Of a DNA stretch of 32,619 bases, positions 18,188 to 24,901 are shown one piece after another; within the stretch, counting starts at the first letter, position 1; each line of letters begins with the position of its first letter. A model generated the notes under the pieces. That model was not told the DNA's origin, did not search any database, and saw nothing but the letters and a program-made list of their open reading frames with translations. This stretch comes from a virus. Its lineage: Duplodnaviria; Caudoviricetes. The stretch is taken from positions 1-32,619 of the IMG/VR virus record IMGVR_UViG_3300028293_000003. One strand, 5' to 3'. Position numbers and translations under genes: made by a program.

Positions 18188-18343
18188 TTATTTTAGTTCG
18201 GTTTCATTTATATTGTTTTTTTTATCATCATAATTCTCAATTATAGATATTAGTTTGTTTTCCAATGGATAAAGGACATTAATTAATTGCTTAATTAAGC
18301 ACGAATGTAGTATAGATAATTCTTCTTTTGTAAAATCATTCAT
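18188..18343 (-). CDS. 51-aa protein MNDFTKEELSILHSCLIKQLINVLYPLENKLISIIENYDDKKNNINETELK (not in ORF track)
   Basis: AAGGA SD in the end of bet; fills the gap between genes. Confidence 0.7.
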   Translation of the reverse strand: MNDFTKEELSILHSCLIKQLINVLYPLENKLISIIENYDDKKNNINETELK

Positions 18344-18345
18344 TT

Positions 18346-19209
18346 CTATTCCTTATCAGGGCATTTACTTAATATCCCAATGAAATCTTGGGCTTGAGAG
18401 CTCGTTAAATCTACAAGCTTTTCAACCTTATAATGTTCCAAAGCACCTTTCAGTCGTGCGCCATCAAAAACCTTTACAGCTAAAAGAGCATGTATTTCTT
18501 CGAGATCGTCTGATGTAGCCAATTCGCCTGTTTCATTTGATTCAGATGGATTGATTTCTATGATTTGTCCTTTGGCTGCTTTAAGCTTGCCCATTAATTC
18601 TTGTGATTTAGATTCTTTTCTGCTTGGTTCTCCTGAAGAATTCTCTGACATTTCTTCTTCACCATATGTTCCGCCAAGCAAGTCTTGAAAGCACGCTCTT
18701 AAGCATTGTGACTCTGCTACTTTCTTAATCATAGTTGCAGGTTTGCCTGTCTGAGGATTCCATAGGCTTTTGCCAGTAGAGTATTCTCTGAGTTCAGCAA
18801 ATACATAAAGAGGGCGTGATGATTTATGACGTTTTGCAATACAATATGCGCCTATTAATGCGCCTCTATTTGTCAATGTATATGCATGACGTACTTCACC
18901 ATTAACGACCTCAAATTTGTCATTCTCGTACACTGCATCAGATTGATGATAATCGTATTCACTGTGAGCTTGAGCTGCTTTTCTGTAACCATCTCGTCCA
19001 ATAAAGACTTGTGCAGGTCGCTCATCGTACTTTACTGACCATATTTCCCTTAGAAAGGGATTCAAAGATGCAGATTTACCTATTCCTATAAAATATTGAA
19101 ATTCCAAGTCAGTTAATTTAGGAGCAAATAATTTTCTAATTTCTTCTAGCTTTTTATTATCTTCCCACATGGTCAAACTACTGTTTAAAGTTGTTAATGA
19201 ATTACTCAT
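18346..19209 (-). CDS. bet: Single-strand annealing recombinase, Bet/RecT family
   Basis: 'LNPFLREIWSVKY...IGRDGYRKAA', 'GAYCIAKR', 'W...PATMIKKVAESQCLRACF...GTYGEEEM'. Confidence 0.9.
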   Translation of the reverse strand: MSNSLTTLNSSLTMWEDNKKLEEIRKLFAPKLTDLEFQYFIGIGKSASLNPFLREIWSVKYDERPAQVFIGRDGYRKAAQAHSEYDYHQSDAVYENDKFEVVNGEVRHAYTLTNRGALIGAYCIAKRHKSSRPLYVFAELREYSTGKSLWNPQTGKPATMIKKVAESQCLRACFQDLLGGTYGEEEMSENSSGEPSRKESKSQELMGKLKAAKGQIIEINPSESNETGELATSDDLEEIHALLAVKVFDGARLKGALEHYKVEKLVDLTSSQAQDFIGILSKCPDKE

Positions 19210-20036
19210 TATTCTTTCTCCTCGGTTAAGGTTGCATATTTAGGAATGCTTAACTCTTGTACAGAATATCCTGGCCATTTTCCAGAATCAAAGCAAGCCT
19301 TTAATTTTCTTTTATACGTATTAAATTGCTCTACACCAAACTTCAAAGCTTCATCGTCCATCATAAATACCGCAGGAACATGAGGCGCTTCTTTTTCACA
19401 AGCCAATATGACAAACATGTCAAAAGGCTTACCTAATGCTTTACATCCTTCATATGCCATACCTGCTTGAATGAAATATCCATAATTCAAAGCAGAACGG
19501 CTGAAGTTAAATGAATTGGCATCACAAGTTGTTTTTAGGTCGACAACCATTTTTGATGACCAAATATCAGGTCTTGTTTTGAACTGAAGTCCTGTTTCTT
19601 TATCGGTCCAAAATATAGACTTCTCGAACAAAGCTTCATCTAAAAGAGTTTGAACTATTTCATGTTCTCTTATCTGTTCTGCCATAGTCTTTGCTTTATC
19701 GAAATATTCGTCGGTAATTACCGTTCTTTTTCCAATGCATGATTGAAATATTTCCCAGTCCTCTTTACCTTTCGTCGTTCTTCTATCGATTCGAGGAGAA
19801 AGAATGTATTCGGAGTCAAACTTATCTGGCTCTAACAAAAGAGTATGGAATAGTGAACCAATAATCATTGATGGTGTTGGTTCTTTTTTTTGAGCTTTTC
19901 CAGAGATTGCTTCATACCAAAAGTGATAAGGGCTTTTATCTAAAAGCATTAATTTGCTTCGTGAAATGCCATCAGAGCCATGATATTCGTCATTAGAAAT
20001 GTCATAAACCCCGTCATTAAAATAAGTTTTACTCAC
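19209..20036 (-). CDS. PD-(D/E)XK exonuclease (RecE/ExoVIII C-terminal-like)
   Basis: 'ISNDEYH...ISRSKL...SPYHF', 'GSLFHTLLLEP', 'KTRPDIW...VVDLKTT', 'YFIQAGMAY'; coupled to bet. Confidence 0.9.
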   Translation of the reverse strand: MSKTYFNDGVYDISNDEYHGSDGISRSKLMLLDKSPYHFWYEAISGKAQKKEPTPSMIIGSLFHTLLLEPDKFDSEYILSPRIDRRTTKGKEDWEIFQSCIGKRTVITDEYFDKAKTMAEQIREHEIVQTLLDEALFEKSIFWTDKETGLQFKTRPDIWSSKMVVDLKTTCDANSFNFSRSALNYGYFIQAGMAYEGCKALGKPFDMFVILACEKEAPHVPAVFMMDDEALKFGVEQFNTYKRKLKACFDSGKWPGYSVQELSIPKYATLTEEKE

Positions 20037-20064
20037 GATAAACTCCTTTGTTTATATAGTTAAT

Positions 20065-20138
20065 ATTATTACAAATATTTGTAATGCTGTCAACAGAATA
20101 TTACAAGTGTTGTACCCTGTCAAGCTTTGTAATATACT
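20065..20138. promoter_or_regulatory. Divergent early promoters with palindromic operators
   Basis: Leftward TTGACA(20093-20088)-17-AATAAT with TG extension; rightward TTGTAC(20110)-17-TATACT(20133); palindromes at 20068-20085, 20102-20114 and 20119-20131. Confidence 0.75.
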
Positions 20139-20162
20139 TGTCAAAAAAATAGAGGAGAAAAT

Positions 20163-20351
20163 ATGAAACCGAAAGAAGTGAGAAGATATTTTAAATCCCA
20201 GTATAATTTTCATAAGGTTACCGGAATGTCTGCTGCATCTCTTGGAAACTGGCTTAAATGGGGGTTTGTTCCCATTCTTTCCCAGCTTAAGCTTGAGAAA
20301 ATTACTAACGGGGAATTGAAAGCAGAATGGAAAAATGGGGAATTAAAATAA
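20163..20351 (+). CDS. Cro-like HTH regulator
   Basis: GAGGAG SD; 'YFKSQYNFHKVTGMSAASLGNWLKWGFVP...QLKLEKITNGELKA' is a Cro/YdaS-like pattern; first gene of the rightward unit. Confidence 0.8.
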   Translation: MKPKEVRRYFKSQYNFHKVTGMSAASLGNWLKWGFVPILSQLKLEKITNGELKAEWKNGELK

Positions 20352-20364
20352 AAAGGAGAAAAAA

Positions 20365-20682
20365 GTGGAAATAGAAGGATTAATTAATCACACCTTAGCA
20401 TCAGCAATTCTAGAAAGAAATTTCATCGCTCAAAGGATGGTTGCAAATAAAGAGCATATAACTTTCTGGAACTCAGTAAAGAAGATTCACACCAACGAAG
20501 ATATCCGTAGCAAACTAGAGAATATCACTCATATCAGGCAGATTCTTGGCTCTGAAGAGTATATGGAATATATGATTCAACAAGACCCAGAAGATCCTCT
20601 GGAGTATCTAGGCATTCCTCTAAAAACCATCGAATTTTACATTCATTTGCGCGATTCGCTAGAGACTAAAACAATTTTTTGA
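20365..20682 (+). CDS. Hypothetical protein
   Basis: AAGGAG SD, GTG start. Confidence 0.65.
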   Translation: MEIEGLINHTLASAILERNFIAQRMVANKEHITFWNSVKKIHTNEDIRSKLENITHIRQILGSEEYMEYMIQQDPEDPLEYLGIPLKTIEFYIHLRDSLETKTIF

Positions 20683-20684
20683 AG

Positions 20685-20778
20685 TAAGATGACCGAAGAT
20701 ACTAGTCTTGACCTAATATCTTCGGCTGGCGAAAGCCATTGACAGTTACATCACACAACCATAAGACTTGATGCAACT
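20685..20778 (-). ncRNA. Predicted antisense structured sRNA 1
   Basis: Leftward TTGCTT-17-TACAAT promoter (20813-20785); three stems; two A.C mismatches on the + strand are G.U pairs on the - strand. Confidence 0.55.
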
Positions 20779-20823
20779 AAAGATATTGTAATGTCAGGAA
20801 GATAAAAAAGCAAAGGAGAATCT

Positions 20824-21027
20824 ATGTCTATAGATATAAATGCAAAATCTGTTGAACTCTTAAGTCTATTAGCAAACTCTATCTACGATCGCAGTAATGT
20901 TTTACAATCGTTACCATTCACTTTTAGACCAGAAGAATTAAGTATTGTTGAACAATGGCTGAAAGAAATTTTGCAAGACCCATTCAAAATAAGAGAGAAT
21001 ATAGAAAGCCCGAAAGTGGAGTACTGA
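20824..21027 (+). CDS. Hypothetical protein
   Basis: AAGGAG SD. Confidence 0.65.
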   Translation: MSIDINAKSVELLSLLANSIYDRSNVLQSLPFTFRPEELSIVEQWLKEILQDPFKIRENIESPKVEY

Positions 21028-21073
21028 TCGGGCTTTTTACTATAACAAGGAAGATAAAATGAAACTACAATGC
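21003..21073 (-). ncRNA. Predicted antisense sRNA 2
   Basis: Perfect leftward extended -10 TGTTATAAT (21088-21080); would end at the 21005-21036 hairpin. Confidence 0.45.
21005..21038. terminator. Probable bidirectional terminator
   Basis: AAAGCCCGA...TCGGGCTTTTT. Confidence 0.65.
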
Positions 21074-21087
21074 AAGAGGATTATAAC

Positions 21088-21318
21088 ATGAATATAAATA
21101 CAGATGATATATATTGGCATTATTTTTCTATATCTGAATTACTAAGGGAATATAAATTATATCCAGATATATCAGTAAAAAATCTTTTTGAAACAGTCCC
21201 ATTTGGAATCGTAAAAAAATCCTTAATATTAGGAAATTCTACACCTATATGTGATTGGGTCATGGAATATTTTGGATTTGAATATGATAACGAAAAAGAT
21301 GGTTGGATTAAAAAGTGA
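21088..21318 (+). CDS. Hypothetical protein (start more likely 21088 than 21070)
   Basis: GAGG SD 8 nt before ATG 21088. Confidence 0.55.
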   Translation: MNINTDDIYWHYFSISELLREYKLYPDISVKNLFETVPFGIVKKSLILGNSTPICDWVMEYFGFEYDNEKDGWIKK

Positions 21319-21408
21319 ATAAAATTTAGGGCATCCAGCCCCAAGTCCTCGAATCAACTGCAATCGATTTTGAGGGTACATCCTTAACGCTCTAGCGGAG
21401 CAAATAAC
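21318..21408 (-). ncRNA. Predicted antisense sRNA 3 over the rep leader
   Basis: Perfect leftward extended -10 TGGTATAAT (21423-21415); G.U-containing stems on the - strand; terminal hairpin UUGGGGC/GCCCUAA followed by AUUUU. Confidence 0.55.
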
Positions 21409-21422
21409 GAGGTCATTATACC

Positions 21423-22298
21423 ATGTCAGATCACACAAGCAACCCCCGTGAATTATCTTATCGTGCATGCATTCCATTTCACATTCTTTGGGATACCGAT
21501 TTAAACGCAAATCATCTTCGTTTTTACGGCCAAATCGAGCAGATGGAAAACCATCCTAGTGAAAAAGTTCAGCCCACATTTTCTTATCAATGGATTGCCG
21601 ATATTTTAAAAATTAATAGACGTAATGCAATTAAAATAGGCAATTTATTAAAGAAAAAAGGATACATTAAAAGAGAAGTAATTGGACCAAATGAATACAT
21701 ATGGAACACGGTAAAAAAAGGTGTGGTAGTGTCACAGGAAGACACTAGACTAGTGTCGCACAAAGACACCCCCCTAGTGTCTCCCAGAGACACCCAAAAT
21801 AGAAAGAAAGAAACTAAAGTCTATAAAAGAACTACTACTAGGGAAAAAGACCAGAGTAGTAGTAGTTTTTTTTCTTTAAATCAAAAAGAAGAATTCTTAA
21901 AACTAAAACTAGAATCAGATACCCGTTCTGATGAGCTTTTCATTTCTCACTGCCAATGGCATATTGAAAAGCAAACCAACGATTTCCCTAAGTACAAACG
22001 AATAAGGGGATTATTAAAGCTTCTTAGAGCACTTAATGAAGCCGGAGAGGCATTTAAATCCACAGGATATGTTGACTTGGAGGAAAAAAAGAAAGCTGAT
22101 GAAGAAAGAGCAAAACAAGAAATAAAAAATCGCTACGATCGGTACAAAAGCGTTTTCTTAAATGACAGGGATAGACTTAAAATTGCTAGAGTGCAAGGAA
22201 GAGAGCCTATGATATTCGATGAATGGCTTCTTTCCGACGAAAATAAAGAAAAAGGATTTCAATATGAGGACCAGAGAAGAATGCAAGCAGTTGCTTAA
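21423..22298 (+). CDS. Replication initiator (lambda O-like layout, N-terminal winged HTH)
   Basis: 'IPFHILWDTDL...FYGQI...FSYQWIADILKINRRNAIKIGNLLKKKGYI' HTH; internal iterons followed by an A-rich tract. Confidence 0.8.
   Translation: MSDHTSNPRELSYRACIPFHILWDTDLNANHLRFYGQIEQMENHPSEKVQPTFSYQWIADILKINRRNAIKIGNLLKKKGYIKREVIGPNEYIWNTVKKGVVVSQEDTRLVSHKDTPLVSPRDTQNRKKETKVYKRTTTREKDQSSSSFFSLNQKEEFLKLKLESDTRSDELFISHCQWHIEKQTNDFPKYKRIRGLLKLLRALNEAGEAFKSTGYVDLEEKKKADEERAKQEIKNRYDRYKSVFLNDRDRLKIARVQGREPMIFDEWLLSDENKEKGFQYEDQRRMQAVA
21727..21870. repeat. Replication origin: three iterons plus A-rich tract and inverted repeat
   Basis: TAGTGTC-N7-GACAC at 21727, 21751 and 21775 (24-bp period); AACTACTACTA/TAGTAGTAGTT at 21830-21867. 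Confidence 0.8.
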
Positions 22299-22461
22299 AG
22301 AGGTTGCGGTCAAATACGGTGTTTCACCAGCGCTAATTTCAACGCGTCTCTTGAGCACTGAGGATAAAGAAGATATGTTAAACGGGGATTTATCTAGGGA
22401 AACATTGGAATGTTATGTCAAGGATTGGATTGATTATCGTGTTACTAATTCCGACGACTGA
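22264..22461 (+). CDS. Hypothetical protein (start 22264)
   Basis: AAGGA SD before ATG 22264; overlaps the 3' end of rep. Confidence 0.6.
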   Translation: MRTREECKQLLKEVAVKYGVSPALISTRLLSTEDKEDMLNGDLSRETLECYVKDWIDYRVTNSDD

Positions 22462-22579
22462 TTTTAAGGCACTTCCTAGGCATTTTGTGGTAAAATAATA
22501 GGGTACCAGGGATAGGTCTTAAAAATTGATTGTAGACGAGATTTGAGGCCTTATTTTAAATATTTAAATAGGATTTAAA

Positions 22580-22777
22580 ATGCTAGAAGGAACTGTGAAG
22601 TGGTTTAATGAAAAAAAGGGGTTTGGATTCATAGAAAGCGAACATAAAGATTATTTTGTTTACTTTAAAGAAATCAAAATGGATGGCTACAAGAAATTGG
22701 CTGAAGGACAGAAAGTAAGTTTTGAAGCAGCCCTTTCCGATAAAGGGCCACTCGCTAAGAATGTAACCGTCTTGTAA
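22580..22777 (+). CDS. csp: Cold-shock domain protein (CspA family)
   Basis: GTVKWFN, RNP1 KGFGFI, RNP2-like YFVYF, '[13 protein letters not shown]', 'KGPLAKNV'. Confidence 0.95.
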   Translation: MLEGTVKWFNEKKGFGFIESEHKDYFVYFKEIKMDGYKKLAEGQKVSFEAALSDKGPLAKNVTVL

Positions 22778-22778
22778 A

Positions 22779-22910
22779 TTACTTAAAGCCTCTTGGCTTA
22801 TTACATCGACTGCAACAATCGCTCCAGTGCTTTGTGTAACATCTTACGCTTGGGCGATATTGCATTAAAAACTTATGGCCTTTAAATAAACATCTAATCC
22901 GTTTAACCAT
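22779..22910 (-). CDS. 43-aa Cys/His protein MVKRIRCLFKGHKFLMQYRPSVRCYTKHWSDCCSRCNKPRGFK (DUF1660-like; not in ORF track)
   Basis: AAGGAG SD; C-x3-GHK...CxxC pattern. Confidence 0.7.
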   Translation of the reverse strand: MVKRIRCLFKGHKFLMQYRPSVRCYTKHWSDCCSRCNKPRGFK

Positions 22911-22935
22911 TTTCAATCTCCTTATTTTTTGTAAA

Positions 22936-23157
22936 TTAATCCAAATTTATTTTGTCATAAAAATGCAAAAACCTGCGACATAGGTCTGCAAAACTCTCCA
23001 TTGCACAAGGATGAATCCCGCTGCCTTCTATTGTCAATGTGTCGTCATCTCCTTCGATTTCTAAGTCAAATCCGAACTTTTTATTTTTACCTACCCACAC
23101 GCTAAAATTTTCAGCCATCAAGTCATAAAGCGTTACGTCTTCTATTGTTCTGCTCAT
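22936..23157 (-). CDS. Hypothetical acidic early protein
   Basis: AGGAG SD with a strong promoter upstream. Confidence 0.7.
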   Translation of the reverse strand: MSRTIEDVTLYDLMAENFSVWVGKNKKFGFDLEIEGDDDTLTIEGSGIHPCAMESFADLCRRFLHFYDKINLD

Positions 23158-23186
23158 TGCTATCTCCTGTTAATTGATACATTTTT

Positions 23187-23223
23187 ATTATTACAATGAT
23201 TGTAATATATGTCAATAGTTGTA
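23187..23223 (-). promoter_or_regulatory. Leftward promoter TTGACA-17-AATAAT (TG-extended) with two operator-like palindromes
   Basis: Same layout as the promoter at 20065-20093; TACAA-TGA-TTGTA at 23192-23204 and GTCAA-TAG-TTGTA at 23211-23223. Confidence 0.75.
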
Positions 23224-23254
23224 AGAAATAAATTTGCAAATCGTAGACGATATT

Positions 23255-23283
23255 TTGTACATGGATTTTGTTTGTGTTATGTT
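23255..23283 (+). promoter_or_regulatory. Candidate late-operon promoter TTGTAC-17-TATGTT (TG-extended)
   Basis: Spacing and motifs read directly; lies at the head of the long rightward unit. Confidence 0.5.
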
Positions 23284-23370
23284 AGTGATGTGGGCTAGTT
23301 GTGGTTTTGTCCTTTTACCGGCAATAGTCCACATTATTAATCGATTAATAATAAAACACGGAGAGTTACC

Positions 23371-23556
23371 ATGAGCGAAGTAAAAGACTATAGTTCAGAT
23401 GCAGGAAGTGAAGGAAATACACATTATAATGGCGTTTCTTCTATGTACGGCCGAATGGTTGAAGACCAAAACCGTATGCAACCAGATTACTGCGAACCAG
23501 GTGCTGCTGATGGCCGTATGCGCGGTGAGAAAAGAAATGAGCAAGCAGGCCCCTAA
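23371..23556 (+). CDS. Hypothetical hydrophilic protein
   Basis: GGAG SD. Confidence 0.6.
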   Translation: MSEVKDYSSDAGSEGNTHYNGVSSMYGRMVEDQNRMQPDYCEPGAADGRMRGEKRNEQAGP

Positions 23557-23558
23557 TA

Positions 23559-24161
23559 ATGGCGCTTCGGAATTATAAAGAAGTAAAAGTGTGTGAATTG
23601 GTTAATTTTTCTGCTAATTCACGCACTCATTCTGAAGAGCAAGTCAATCAAATCGTACAATCAATCAAAGAGTTTGGCTTTACATCACCTCTACTAATCG
23701 ATGAAAAAAATATAATCATTGCAGGTCATGGAAGGCTACAAGCAGCAATCTTTTTGAAAATGGAAACGGTCCCTTGCATAATTCTGGAAGGACTATCTGA
23801 TGCCAAGAAAAGAGCTTTGGTTATCGCCGATAATAAAATAGCGCTCAATTCATCTTGGAATATAGACATACTTAGAAAAGAAATATCTGACCTTAAAACA
23901 TTTAACTATGACCTATCAACTACTGGATTTGATATAGCTGAGATCGAAGATATATTTACAGATGTAATGCCAGAAGTATTTTTAAAGGATTATGATGATA
24001 AATTTCAAAAAACTTCCCAGAATGATTCTGCATTTCTACGTAAAAAAAAAGAACTCACGAAGGAAGAAGATAAAGCGTCTCAGAACTTTAAATACCCTTA
24101 TAAAGATTACTTTATTGATTTTGGTGATTTATTTGCAGAGCTATTGCCCGGGAATGCCTAA
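23559..24161 (+). CDS. ParB/Srx N-terminal domain protein
   Basis: 'NSRTHSEEQVNQIVQSIKEFGFTSPLLIDEKNIIIAGHGRLQAA...IADNKIA...W'; this type commonly precedes terS. Confidence 0.9.
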   Translation: MALRNYKEVKVCELVNFSANSRTHSEEQVNQIVQSIKEFGFTSPLLIDEKNIIIAGHGRLQAAIFLKMETVPCIILEGLSDAKKRALVIADNKIALNSSWNIDILRKEISDLKTFNYDLSTTGFDIAEIEDIFTDVMPEVFLKDYDDKFQKTSQNDSAFLRKKKELTKEEDKASQNFKYPYKDYFIDFGDLFAELLPGNA

Positions 24162-24330
24162 GACTATAGAGGAGTTTTTATGGACTATCTATCTTGGCCA
24201 AGGAGCTGTTCTAACTAGTAGATTATTTGGAATTAGAATATCTACACTTTCTCGCGCCTTAACTATCTTAGGCGAATCTTCTCACCACAATATCTTGTTT
24301 AGAAATTCTAAAAAAGCACAAAATAAATGA
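24154..24330 (+). CDS. Short HTH-like ORF, or frameshifted C-terminus of the ParB-like gene
   Basis: 'GAVLTSRLFGIRISTLSRAL' is HTH-like; weak SD. Confidence 0.4.
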   Translation: MPKTIEEFLWTIYLGQGAVLTSRLFGIRISTLSRALTILGESSHHNILFRNSKKAQNK

Positions 24331-24403
24331 TTGATTAAGAAAATTAGAATGATATATTAATCTTAATGATTACAGCGGATGTAATAATTAATCGGAGAAA
24401 TAA

Positions 24404-24748
24404 ATGCCAGATCCAACTCCTCATGTGCCAACGGATAAAAGCCGTGGCGAGGTCATGGCCCTAACTTCTTTTGGTAACACTCAGGAAGAGGTCGCAGCTT
24501 ATCTTGGAATATGCGTAGATACGCTTGTTAAATACTATCGCCATGAACTAGACACAGCAGTCATTAGAGCCAATGCCCAAGTTGCCAGGGCTCTCTACAA
24601 TAAAGCAGTCGCCCAAGATGATTTAGGTGCTCAAGTATTTTGGCTTAAGACAAGAGCTAGATGGCGCACTGCAGACCAAGAAGATGCTAAGAAACGTGAT
24701 TCTGCTGTTGAAAGATTTTTATTAGGTAAAAATCAGTTGGTGGAATAA
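24404..24748 (+). CDS. terS: Terminase small subunit
   Basis: HTH 'TQEEVAAYLGICVDTLVKYY', 'ANAQVARALYNKA', 'AQVFWLKTRARW'; upstream of terL. Confidence 0.8.
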   Translation: MPDPTPHVPTDKSRGEVMALTSFGNTQEEVAAYLGICVDTLVKYYRHELDTAVIRANAQVARALYNKAVAQDDLGAQVFWLKTRARWRTADQEDAKKRDSAVERFLLGKNQLVE

Positions 24749-24901
24749 ATGAACTTCCGAGAAAAATTTATCGCTAGGATTAAATGCCTTAAAAAGGGGC
24801 ATAAATATCTTATTGATGAGCAGGATTTAAACGGCGTTCTTATTGCAAAGCATTGTTTATATTGTTGTAAACGAATAAAGGCAAAGACTATTTATGTCTG
24901 A
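24749..24901 (+). CDS. 50-aa Cys/His protein MNFREKFIARIKCLKKGHKYLIDEQDLNGVLIAKHCLYCCKRIKAKTIYV (DUF1660-like; not in ORF track)
   Basis: Starts right after the terS stop and overlaps the terL start; C-x3-GHK...CxxC. Confidence 0.65.
   Translation: MNFREKFIARIKCLKKGHKYLIDEQDLNGVLIAKHCLYCCKRIKAKTIYV

Noticed and set aside
20685-20800. Hammerhead or other known ribozyme
   Set aside because: No CUGANGA core in the gap on either strand; kept only as an unclassified structured RNA.
21727-21793. Mini CRISPR array
   Set aside because: 24-bp period with no spacers of proper length, in frame inside rep, and no cas genes; these are iterons.
23260-23290. dif-like XerCD integration site (TTATGTTA)
   Set aside because: Only part of the XerD arm matches, with no XerC arm at the right spacing; the same holds near 12222.
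23333-23352. Protelomerase (telRL) site of a linear phage-plasmid
   Set aside because: The palindrome is short and no protelomerase/tyrosine recombinase gene is present.
23559-24161. Full ParABS partition system
   Set aside because: There is no ParA ATPase, and this ParB type is commonly found before terminase genes.
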